The notes below the pieces were generated by a model. That model was not told where the DNA came from. It was given only the letters and a program-made list of their open reading frames with translations, and made no database searches. A DNA stretch of 64,000 bases, taken from the NCBI GenBank assembly GCA_963700055.1, contig CAVOWH010000004.1, forward strand, positions 369,468 to 433,467. Direction: 5' to 3'. Both the position numbers and the translations under genes were made by a program. This document shows, piece by piece, positions 8,962 through 16,965 of this stretch (its first letter is position 1; each line of letters opens with the position of its first letter). The DNA comes from an uncultured delta proteobacterium (lineage in GTDB: Bacteria; Desulfobacterota; Desulfobacteria; Desulfobacterales; SpSt-501).

Positions 8962-9714
8962 ATGTCCCCGTTCTCCTGGATGAGCACATTACCGGTGTGC
9001 GTTGAAAATGCCAAGAACAACCTTGAGCCTGACATCCGCTGTCCGCAGTGCCATGAGCGCTGGCGTATTGTGCGCTACGGCCGCTACTGGAGCTATCGCT
9101 ACGAGAGCCACGAGCGGCTGGCCGTTGCACGCTACGCCGGCCGCAACCCCAGCTGCCCGCGGCGCACCTTCTCGCTTTTGCCCCATGCCTACCTGCCATG
9201 GGTACGCACTCCGTTGTGCCGGCTTTTAGCCCTCTACCAGCAGCACATCCATGAGGGGCAGGCCATCAACCACCTGGCCCGCAAGCTTCGGCAGGCTCGG
9301 AACACGCTTCGGCGAGCGCTGAACTTGGCCCGGCGTATCCTCAATTGGTGCGGCCGCGAGCTGGCCGCCGACGCCCTGCTCCTGGTCGGTGACGATACCT
9401 TACGCCAACGCCTTCAGCTCACCACCATGGCACCGATCGCCTCACGATTGACCGCTATCTTTACCCTCGATGCCTTCGACGATAAAAAAACTCTGCAGTT
9501 TATCGCTCACCGCCTCAAACAGGCCGAGACCCCCGAGCACCTGTTTGAACCCGCCGCCTTGGATCTGATCGCCGCCCACTGCCGCGGCAACAGACGACAG
9601 ATCATCAACTGCGCCACCCTGCTGCTCGATGAGGCCTACTTCCGACAGGAAAATACCGTCAGTGCCCAGACCATGCTCCAATGCGATTTGCTGCAAACCA
9701 ATGACCTCAGCTGA
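8962..9714 (+). CDS. mobile-element-associated chimeric protein (zinc-ribbon N-terminus plus C-terminal fragment of an ExeA/TniB-like AAA+ protein)
   Basis: ATG at 8962 with a GGAGG SD. The N-terminus is CPQCH...SCPRRTF...LP. The C-terminal ~70 aa (FIAHRLKQAETPEHLFEPAALDLIAAHCRGNRRQIINCATLLLDEA) look like the lid/C-terminus of ExeA-type ATPases. There is no Walker A/B. Confidence 0.4.
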   Translation: MSPFSWMSTLPVCVENAKNNLEPDIRCPQCHERWRIVRYGRYWSYRYESHERLAVARYAGRNPSCPRRTFSLLPHAYLPWVRTPLCRLLALYQQHIHEGQAINHLARKLRQARNTLRRALNLARRILNWCGRELAADALLLVGDDTLRQRLQLTTMAPIASRLTAIFTLDAFDDKKTLQFIAHRLKQAETPEHLFEPAALDLIAAHCRGNRRQIINCATLLLDEAYFRQENTVSAQTMLQCDLLQTNDLS

Positions 9715-10089
9715 CCACCCGCTTTACTTGTCCTCTGCTCAACTGCCCGGCGTTACCCTCTACGCCGGGCAATCCGCTGGGGTTATATTGCGTGAGACTT
9801 TGAAGGTAAAATAGCGTGAGAATCAACACGGCTTCAGGCGCGAGCCGCCGCCGGCGCGTCGCTCTGCAAGCCGCTGTCTGGTGGCACATTCACTCGAAAC
9901 GCTTTGTCTTGAATGGCTGCTTTCGGGCTACGAGCCGACGATCGCGGACCCCACTGAATTACCTCGTTGTCGCGCAGCAGTAGCGGCTGCGCCGTCGGCC
10001 CCGGTGTGACGGCGCGCAATGGAACTTATGTCGTCCCGCGAGCCGCTGTTGGCAAAAAAACACCCAGGCCAGCAGGCAGAGATTGACGA

Positions 10090-10737
10090 TCAAGGCCCTG
10101 CCCCAGCAGGGGGCGAAATCCGGCCTACGACGGACAATCCGTCATGCGCATGGCCCACCACGATGCCTTCACCTGAACTCGGCGAGACCCCGGTGAGGGC
10201 GGCGATGTTGACCTGGTGCGTTATCACCGCCAGCACGCCGGGGCCACGCCATCCCTGAAGCAAGGCCCGCGCTTGCGTCGTCTGCCCGTCCGCTTTGGAT
10301 CGATCGTCGAAGAAGGAGTTGAATGCCGGCTGCTCGACAACCTTCAGCCGCGGAAAGGCCAGCGCAGCCGTTTCCTTGGTCCGGCACCACTGCGAGGCCC
10401 ACACCGCGGTGACCGGAACGCCCTTCCAGCGCAGCTGCTCGCCAATGCGGCGCGCCTGCTCGCGGCCCTGCGTGTCGAGGTTGCGCTGGGTAGCACAGTC
10501 GCCGAGCCGGAAGCCAGCTGGATCCCCGCCGCCCGGCGCGATGGCATGGCGGAACAGGATGACCGCACCGTCCGGCACCGCATCGCTTGCGACCTGCCGT
10601 GGCGAGTCGGCTGTCGATGCGGCCAACAACCAACTTGCCGCCAACTGCAGGAGTGCGAAGGAGATGGAAAGCGCGTACCCAAGCGGGAGTGCTCGGCGTC
10701 GGTTCGTGTCCCCGTCGTCGATGCGGATGCCCTTCAT
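10090..10737 (-). CDS. histidine phosphatase family protein (secreted or membrane-anchored)
   Basis: Start at MKGIRIDD. Hydrophobic N-terminus, RHA motif (VILFRHAIAPGGGDP) and a distal THQVNI. The start overlaps the upstream FGE remnant in an ATGA. Confidence 0.75.
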   Translation of the reverse strand: MKGIRIDDGDTNRRRALPLGYALSISFALLQLAASWLLAASTADSPRQVASDAVPDGAVILFRHAIAPGGGDPAGFRLGDCATQRNLDTQGREQARRIGEQLRWKGVPVTAVWASQWCRTKETAALAFPRLKVVEQPAFNSFFDDRSKADGQTTQARALLQGWRGPGVLAVITHQVNIAALTGVSPSSGEGIVVGHAHDGLSVVGRISPPAGAGP

Positions 10738-11270
10738 GGCTGCCTCACGCAACGAAAGCCAATGTAGACCAAGGTCGTCTCGCCGGGCTTGCCTTGGAGA
10801 TGGTCCGCACGCATCTGCGCCGCGCCGTACCACCGCGAACCACCACGGGTGCGTCGTTCAGCGTTGCCGCCGGCGCCCACCGGCTCGTCCACCCACTCCC
10901 AGACGTTGTCGCCCATGTCGTGCAATCCATTGACGCCGGCTGGAGTGGTGCCGGCGCGCGCGTGGCCATCGTCACGCGACAAGCGGTCGCCGTGGTTGAC
11001 CGCGCGTGTTTTGGCCGACGGGCCGCAATCGCCCAGGCATTGAGCGCCGATAGCGCTGTCGCCGGTGGGGAAAGCATATGTGCGTCCAGTCACGAACGGC
11101 GCCGGCGGCGCCGCGCGACGTTCCGTGTAGGCCGCTTCAAGCCGCTGCGCATCGTTAAGCAGACGGCCACCCGCCCAGCGGCAGAAGGCCTAGGCTTCGT
11201 CGTAGGTGATGTGCACGGCCGGCTCGTCATTGGCGGCGGTCTCGCTGCCTCTCAACCAGATCAGAAATGA
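10734..11270 (-). pseudogene. formylglycine-generating-enzyme (FGE/SUMF1) family gene, N-terminally truncated with an in-frame TAG
   Basis: C-terminal motifs GLHDMGDNVWEWV, RGGS.WY and IGFRCV. Upstream in the same frame ..VHITYDEA*AFCRWAGGRL.. carries TAG at 11190-11192 inside a conserved motif. The reading frame fades into AT-rich DNA near 11270. Confidence 0.65.
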
Positions 11271-11325
11271 TTTTTTTATTTCTACTTTTACTTGGATCGC
11301 CGAAACCTTGCAACATTCCCTCAGA

Positions 11326-11449
11326 CTGTTTCAGGGGTAAAAGTCACTGAATGCAAAATCTCAAAATCACGGCTTAAGGATTTAACACCAATCTATCCCT
11401 TCGGTGATTAGTCGGATGGTATTTTAATTATACAACAATTTAAAATTAT
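11326..11449. repeat. non-coding repeat, copy A (paired with 15505-15622)
   Basis: Manual alignment of the core 11347-11449 with 15521-15622 shows roughly three quarters of positions identical. Both contain CCTTCGGTGATT and AATTTAAAATTAT. Confidence 0.8.
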
Positions 11450-11491
11450 TGCAGATTAGTTCCGGATATTAAACTCTTCCCGCCGATCGTT

Positions 11492-11683
11492 TTACATCGA
11501 CCACATCCGCATATGCCAACCGCCCATGAGTGCCGTGATAAGCCAAAATATTATCGATCCAATCACACTCAAGATGATCAGGGCAGGCATGGTTGCAACT
11601 GCCCATTTGACCATAAGGATCACCATGGACCTAAATGGAACCTTGATGTCAGTGACTACGACCTTGCTGTATTCATCCGACAT
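11492..11683 (-). CDS. small membrane protein, hypothetical
   Basis: ATG at 11683 with GGAGG 9 nt upstream. Two hydrophobic segments. It starts 26 nt (ATG 11683) downstream of the IHF-like gene stop at 11709. Confidence 0.45.
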   Translation of the reverse strand: MSDEYSKVVVTDIKVPFRSMVILMVKWAVATMPALIILSVIGSIIFWLITALMGGWHMRMWSM

Positions 11684-11708
11684 GTTGATATCCTCCAACT
11701 AATCCATT

Positions 11709-11990
11709 TTATTGGTTGATCTTATCCCTTAGCTGCCCCGAGCATTTGAAGTTCACCACGCGCCTTGCAGCCAGCATAATATCCTCGCCGGTTGCTGGAT
11801 TCCTGCCTCTTCTTTCTCGCTTATTCTTGACACAGAACTTCCCGAAGCCACTGATTAGGACATCCTCACCGGTTGCGAGAGCGGATTTGATGAGTTCCAG
11901 TAGGGTCTCGATCAACTCGCCGGATTGCTTGAGCTGGTATCCGTTTTCCTTGGCGAGAGCTTTTACAATGTCGTCCTTGGTAAGGGTCAT
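11709..11990 (-). CDS. HU/IHF-family DNA-binding protein (IHF-alpha-like)
   Basis: 93 aa. GFGKF..K.R..R.GRNPATGEDI.L.ARRVV.FK matches the IHF-alpha arm region. Confidence 0.85.
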   Translation of the reverse strand: MTLTKDDIVKALAKENGYQLKQSGELIETLLELIKSALATGEDVLISGFGKFCVKNKRERRGRNPATGEDIMLAARRVVNFKCSGQLRDKINQ

Positions 11991-12191
11991 TGGCCGGAAT
12001 CCCTTGCTTTTTAGATGGAGCCTTTATGACGTGATTGGTGAAGTGTGGTACAGTTGAACGGCAACTTACTGTTTTCAAGACATTATTGTCAAGCATATCA
12101 GGCAACTGAAAAGGCAGTCTGCGAAGACAATTTGAAAACCTTCGTGGATGAAAATAAACTTTATGCCGGTTCTGTGGCAGGCATCTTTTTT

Positions 12192-13355
12192 TTACAACAG
12201 CCGCCATAAGGAATCGGTCGGTCGGCTTTGCTTGAATCGCCCGTACCATAGGCACAGTGGATATAGGATCAACAGGCCCGCAATCCAAACGAGGAGCATT
12301 TGTACCAGGCCCATACCGTGCGGAAACGCCCAGCCTATAAGGGTATAGAGGTATAGGTGGGTGATGTAAAAAAGCAGCGGCGAGCTACCGAAGACAACCA
12401 TGGTTTGTCCTCCATAAAGGTTTCGGCTTTGAAACCATATCCATGACCGCAAAAGCAGCAGATCAAGCCCCATTGTCAGCAACAGAAAGCTCAGGTCGGG
12501 CGGGTATTTGGTCATGTTGAAAAAACCGATCCATCCCGGCTCTGCCAAGTGGAAATTGCCGAAGCCGTGGAACAGACGAATGATGACAAAAAGCACGAGC
12601 GCACCAGCGCCCGATATCCATAAGCCGCGGGCAACACCAGCATTGTGGCCTTGAAGCAGGCGGCCCAGAACCATTCCCAATCCGGTAATTCCCATCCACG
12701 GTATCGTTGGATAAAATACCATCCATTCGTCGGTGTGCCCGGGGATGAGGAGCATTCGCAAAAAGGGAGGATACACTGTTCGAGGATCTGCAAATTCGGA
12801 AACCACAACCTGTGTCAAACCGATTGCTGCAATGCTGACTGCAATGACAGCGAATGTCGGCAATCGAAATAAAAGCCCCCAGACGACCATGGTGCTCCCC
12901 AGCCCGTACAAAACACCCAAATAGAACTTAGAGGAAGCACCGCCTCCAGGTATCGGGCCACCCCTGAAAATAAAGGCGCCGGGTGCAGTGCCAAGCGACC
13001 CCAGATACCAGGCAGGGTTTTCCAAGAACTGCTGAAAGGCGATAAGCAACACTCCACGGATCAAGAAAAACCTGGCAACTCTCCAGTTGCCCCATCCTTC
13101 CCTGATACGTCCCGCAATGAAAAGCGCCATGCCAACACCCATCAGCAGAAAGAACCCGGGAGCACACAGATGGGTCACCGCCCGCAAAAGGAACGGCATG
13201 GCACTGTCGTACCGAGGCATTGCGGTTCCCCAAAATTCACTGGAATGGGTCTTCGCGATAAAGAAAGAGGCATGATCCAGTGCCATCAGCACCATGATCA
13301 GGCCCCGCATCGCGTCCAGGGAGAGCAGACGTTTATTTCTGGGAGAGGAGTCCAT
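12192..13355 (-). CDS. DUF1624 / heparan-alpha-glucosaminide N-acetyltransferase-like polytopic membrane protein
   Basis: 387 aa with about 10 TM segments. The N-terminal RLLSLDAMRGLIMVLMALDH motif is typical of this acyltransferase-like family. Confidence 0.7.
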   Translation of the reverse strand: MDSSPRNKRLLSLDAMRGLIMVLMALDHASFFIAKTHSSEFWGTAMPRYDSAMPFLLRAVTHLCAPGFFLLMGVGMALFIAGRIREGWGNWRVARFFLIRGVLLIAFQQFLENPAWYLGSLGTAPGAFIFRGGPIPGGGASSKFYLGVLYGLGSTMVVWGLLFRLPTFAVIAVSIAAIGLTQVVVSEFADPRTVYPPFLRMLLIPGHTDEWMVFYPTIPWMGITGLGMVLGRLLQGHNAGVARGLWISGAGALVLFVIIRLFHGFGNFHLAEPGWIGFFNMTKYPPDLSFLLLTMGLDLLLLRSWIWFQSRNLYGGQTMVVFGSSPLLFYITHLYLYTLIGWAFPHGMGLVQMLLVWIAGLLILYPLCLWYGRFKQSRPTDSLWRLL

Positions 13356-13673
13356 TGAGCCGGAATGTAAGGACTATGATGCGCCGACTCAATATCCCGT
13401 CTAAATGATGAACTGTAAAACCGTTGGGTTTGGTCGATATCACAGATCTGGCTTGCATGATTCAGGGACATGTCGGATGGTATCACCGAAACATTGGCCA
13501 TCTGTGATTATAGTATTAGGCTGGTCGATATCTGTAGCCTTTGCTGTGCTCAATTTACGCGCTTTGAAAGCTGTCAGTATCACCAGCTTTCTCGGGAGTT
13601 GAGTTTACTGTGATATTTCCGACGTCCCGCTTCAGGGGCACGCCGTTCGCGGCGTGTTCTTTGCAATCGGTCG

Positions 13674-14270
13674 TTAGATCGGACGCTTCTCTTTCGCGTC
13701 CTCGCTGCTTAGGCGGTTCAAAATATTAGGTACGAATCTTTCGGAGAACCCTGCAATAAATCCCCAGACAATCGCCTTCGCATTTGCAGCGGGACCACTT
13801 GGACTCCAGTATGCGACGAACCCGTGGAAGTCGGAGCACGTCTGCCCCGTGGCGCAATGAAATTCCGGAAACAAATCTCCCTTTAACAGGCCCGCCTGAA
13901 ATATAAGGTAGACAATTACAGCAGCGATCATACCTACCACCGCGGGGACTAATGAATAGGCGATTACATAGAAATTCAACTTGCTAAACAACTGAACGTA
14001 TTCGCGCCGTGGGAAGACGTCTTCAAAGCTGTATAGGCGTCGCAAGCTGCTGACGAAGCCTCCTCCAGCCCCCGCGACAATCACGGCGATCATGATGGTT
14101 AATCCCCCACGGCCTGTCACGTCGAAATAGAGGACTAAGGCGAGAAACCCTAGCCCGATGGTTATGGTTGAGATGAATAGCCACATGACCAGGAGGCGAT
14201 GGGCATCGAGGGTGCTTTGATTGGGTGTTTGTAATGCTGCACGCGCGTTTTCGTTGTGCAATTCTTCCAT
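13674..14270 (-). CDS. small integral membrane protein (3-4 TM), unknown function
   Basis: 198 aa. ATG with GGAGG 8 nt upstream. Hydrophobic helices at about residues 25-48, 56-76 and 100-125, plus an amphipathic C-terminus. It lies 111 nt downstream of the TIR gene on the same strand. Confidence 0.6.
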   Translation of the reverse strand: MEELHNENARAALQTPNQSTLDAHRLLVMWLFISTITIGLGFLALVLYFDVTGRGGLTIMIAVIVAGAGGGFVSSLRRLYSFEDVFPRREYVQLFSKLNFYVIAYSLVPAVVGMIAAVIVYLIFQAGLLKGDLFPEFHCATGQTCSDFHGFVAYWSPSGPAANAKAIVWGFIAGFSERFVPNILNRLSSEDAKEKRPI

Positions 14271-14381
14271 TGCATGCCTCCGAGAGATCTAACGCTGGGC
14301 GTCAGGCGCCGCGGTTCAGCGGCAGCGGAACCTCCGTCGCCTGTACGCCTTGGTTAGCCGCCCCAGTGAGAGCCCGTCCTC

Positions 14382-15254
14382 TCAACCCACTATAAGCGTT
14401 GACTTGTCGATTGTCACCGGAAGCGCTACCGCGTTGTGTGGGTCGTGGAGCCACTCCCACATTGAGTTTGACGCCTGTGCCCAGCTGTTGAGGTCGAGCG
14501 ACTCTCTATGACTAATCTCCACCCGAAATTTGGTTCTCAGATCCGCCTCCAGCTCCCGAGGTCCCCGGTTCACCCACCCCAGAATTACGAACTCGTATTC
14601 GCCTGCCGACCACAGCAACTCCCAGTCCAGACGCGGCCCTACAAACTGCACACCGAGCAATCGGCTCTCCTCCGGCCCCAACTCCAGCACCGCCGCATCG
14701 GATATCTTCTCCATCACTTGGCCTCCAGGCAGGAACTCGTAGAAGAGGTTCCACGTAAACTGGATGCCCCGTTTGCCGGACGGCGTCACCATCACCTCCA
14801 GCCGCTGGATGCGTCCGGGTTTCCGACTTTCGTTGATCAGATGGCCGTCCAGATTAAACGCCGGTGTTTTCACATTGTCCTTCTGCACCACGATGCCCAG
14901 GAAGTTCCGCGGGTGCATGCGGACGATGATGTCTTCCAGTTGCCGTTTCACGAGCTGCACCGCGGCGAGACGCGGAGGCCGCAGAATCCGTTTCAGCGAT
15001 TCGAATATCTGTTCCATGTTGGTCCAGGGCTTCTTCAGGTAGTGCTTGGAGACCAATATCACGCAGAACCGGGACTGCTTCCCGTAAACCTCGTGAAGCT
15101 TGACCGAAAGGTCTTCCCCCCAGAGCTCCTCGAATTCGTCGTAGAAGATCGAGTAGCCCGCCGTCTGAATCCGCGTCGCCAGTTCCCTGGCATGTACTCG
15201 GTCCTCCCCTGCATAGGACAGTGCAACATCGTACTGCCAACCCCATGACCCCAT
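14382..15254 (-). CDS. TIR-domain protein with an unknown ~170-aa C-terminal domain
   Basis: ATG at 15254 with a GAGGAG SD. YDVALSYAGEDR, SIFYDE, WGEDL, RFCVILVS and KPWTNME fit a bacterial TIR domain. I recognise nothing in the remainder. Confidence 0.75.
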   Translation of the reverse strand: MGSWGWQYDVALSYAGEDRVHARELATRIQTAGYSIFYDEFEELWGEDLSVKLHEVYGKQSRFCVILVSKHYLKKPWTNMEQIFESLKRILRPPRLAAVQLVKRQLEDIIVRMHPRNFLGIVVQKDNVKTPAFNLDGHLINESRKPGRIQRLEVMVTPSGKRGIQFTWNLFYEFLPGGQVMEKISDAAVLELGPEESRLLGVQFVGPRLDWELLWSAGEYEFVILGWVNRGPRELEADLRTKFRVEISHRESLDLNSWAQASNSMWEWLHDPHNAVALPVTIDKSTLIVG

Positions 15255-15504
15255 CTCAATCTCCTCGGAAACCGATTCTGCATTTCGATTCCACAACTCC
15301 CCCGGCCCCTACTACTATGGAACAAACGTCAGTGCTTTTCTTTCTGGACGAGTGTTAAGGTAGAACAAGCGGGGGCTAACGCAATTAGATTGACCCGCAT
15401 ATTTCAATGTGTTGCCCTCCAGTTATCTTGGCATGTTATGCGGATCGGCATAAGAAGCTCCTTTTCAAAGCCCGTCCACGTGGCTGCTGACGCCTCCTGG
15501 GCCC

Positions 15505-15622
15505 CTGTTTCATAATGTCGCTGAATGCAAGATTTCAAAATCGCGGCATTAGGCAGTATCACCGATTTGGCCTTCGGTGATTTGTCGGATGATATTTAAT
15601 GTACGCAATAATTTAAAATTAT
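15505..15622. repeat. non-coding repeat, copy B (paired with 11326-11449)
   Basis: Same element as copy A, in direct orientation. It contains a perfect 8-bp hairpin ATCACCGA (15558-15565) / TCGGTGAT (15574-15581). Confidence 0.8.
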
Positions 15623-15815
15623 AGTATATATTTCCCTTCCACCTCACGTTTTCTGAAGGCTAATATGGTGCACGCTCCCGTGTATCCTCTTATTCAGCGT
15701 CAGGATGCGGTTCCGGGTTTTCTCCTGAACGAGAGGCGAGACTTTCCGCCCTCCGGAATGAGGTGAATAGATCCAGTGGCGTTTCATCGTCATCACTCCT
15801 GTTTCAAGCGGGTTC

Positions 15816-15844
15816 TTGACAGGTAGGATTACCATAGGTATCAT
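15816..15844 (+). promoter_or_regulatory. sigma-70-type promoter of mazEF (TTGACA-17 nt-TATCAT), probably giving a leaderless mRNA
   Basis: TTGACA at 15816-15821, a 17-nt spacer and TATCAT at 15839-15844. The ATG at 15851 is only 6 nt after the -10 box and has no SD. Confidence 0.45.
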
Positions 15845-15850
15845 CGTAGT

Positions 15851-16081
15851 ATGAAAAAAAAGACATCTATAACCTTGTCAGAGGATGTCCTGGAGGCTAT
15901 CGATCAGCGGTCGGGGGATGCAAAAAATCGCTCCGATTTTATCGAAACGGCCATTCGTTCTTACATCGCAAAGCTGATTCGCGATGAGCAAAACAAGAAA
16001 GATCTCGATATCATCAACCGGCATGCGGATCGCCTAAACATCGAGGCGGCCGATGTCTTGGCATTTCAGGTGATCCCTTGA
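15851..16081 (+). CDS. mazE: ribbon-helix-helix (CopG/MazE-like) antitoxin
   Basis: 76 aa. The N-terminus [14 protein letters not shown]....[11 protein letters not shown] is an RHH motif. Its stop overlaps the toxin start by 4 nt. Confidence 0.8.
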   Translation: MKKKTSITLSEDVLEAIDQRSGDAKNRSDFIETAIRSYIAKLIRDEQNKKDLDIINRHADRLNIEAADVLAFQVIP

Positions 16082-16407
16082 AACGCGGGGATCTCTACCG
16101 GGTTGCACATCCCTCGAGCAGAGACCCGAAAAAGCAGCGCGTCTTTGTAATTGTCAGCCGCTTGGTTCTTATCGGATCCCGCTTCTCGACGGTCATATGC
16201 GCCCCGGTTTATTCAATGCATGACGGGTTGTCAACACAGGTCTTGATCGGCGTCGAGGAAGGGTTGAAACACGAGAGCGGCATTCACTGCGATGAGCTGG
16301 TCAGCCTGCCCAAGTCGATGCTGACCAATTATGTGGGCAGTCTCTCCCCGAAAAAGATTGACCTGCTGAATCACGCCCTACAGATGGCTCTGGATATTCC
16401 GAAATAA
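16078..16407 (+). CDS. mazF: MazF/PemK-family type II toxin endoribonuclease
   Basis: 109 aa. KRGDLY.V......[12 protein letters not shown]....I......VICAPV.S shows typical PemK/MazF fold signatures. Confidence 0.85.
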   Translation: MKRGDLYRVAHPSSRDPKKQRVFVIVSRLVLIGSRFSTVICAPVYSMHDGLSTQVLIGVEEGLKHESGIHCDELVSLPKSMLTNYVGSLSPKKIDLLNHALQMALDIPK

Positions 16408-16569
16408 GTAAATGCCGGGGCCACACCTTCCGCTTAGCGTTTTTGGACGCCGGCCGCTACAAATAGTGCTTTCAATCAGCCGCGGACATCTACAGACAAG
16501 CGCGTTTAGATGAGTTCGTGCGTGCAGTTGCGCCGTCGGTGATCCCTTGGGGGAGGAGGGCGCGAAACG

Positions 16570-16965
16570 ATGAACGATTGGATTCCGTTTGAGAAAGGTC
16601 GATATCTTGCGCAGCGCGCCGTCCTGATATCTGTCGACGAGCGAGCAGTCGACCTCGAGGAGACCATCATTGAGATTTCCGAGGGGCCCGGCGGGAGGCG
16701 GCGGCTCAGCGGCCGCGGTCGGGCACCGAACGCGTTGATGGTGGAACTTCTCGACGAAGGCCATGAGCTGGATCTGTTGCTCGATCTGGGCGAAGAGTTC
16801 AAGTATCGGCTGCGGGCTCCCGTTATTCAAGGCGGCAAGGTGTTTGCGCCGGGTGTCAAGGCTTTCGTTCAGTTCGTCCCGCAATCCCCTTGGGAGGCGG
16901 TCACGGAAGCCGACTTCAATTCTTTAATGTCCCGGGTCCGAATCCTGCCCGATGAGCCGAGCTGA
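16570..16965 (+). CDS. hypothetical protein (ambiguous with antisense ORF 16378..16884)
   Basis: ATG with GGAGGAGGG 9 nt upstream. A same-register ORF on the opposite strand looks equally coding, so this call is weak. Confidence 0.3.
   Translation: MNDWIPFEKGRYLAQRAVLISVDERAVDLEETIIEISEGPGGRRRLSGRGRAPNALMVELLDEGHELDLLLDLGEEFKYRLRAPVIQGGKVFAPGVKAFVQFVPQSPWEAVTEADFNSLMSRVRILPDEPS

Noticed and set aside
11190-11192. The in-frame TAG in the FGE-like gene might encode pyrrolysine.
   Set aside because: The gene also lacks its whole N-terminus and start codon. No pyl genes are in view. The surrounding block looks like decaying foreign DNA, so a plain nonsense mutation is the simpler reading.
10734-11270. 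The FGE/C-type-lectin fold is the classic scaffold of diversity-generating-retroelement targets, so I looked for a DGR.
   Set aside because: There is no reverse transcriptase gene in the window, and I found no template repeat resembling the 3' end of the gene.
11326-15622. The repeat pair might be integron attC sites or attL/attR of an integrated island.
   Set aside because: No integrase is nearby. The bracketed segment holds five genes rather than one cassette. The copies are too diverged for att duplications, and I saw no R'/R'' (GTTRRRY) core sites at the ends.
15644-15844. A 66-aa minus-strand ORF between repeat copy B and mazE.
   Set aside because: It has no SD, overlaps the mazEF promoter, and shows no recognisable motif. 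It is probably spurious.
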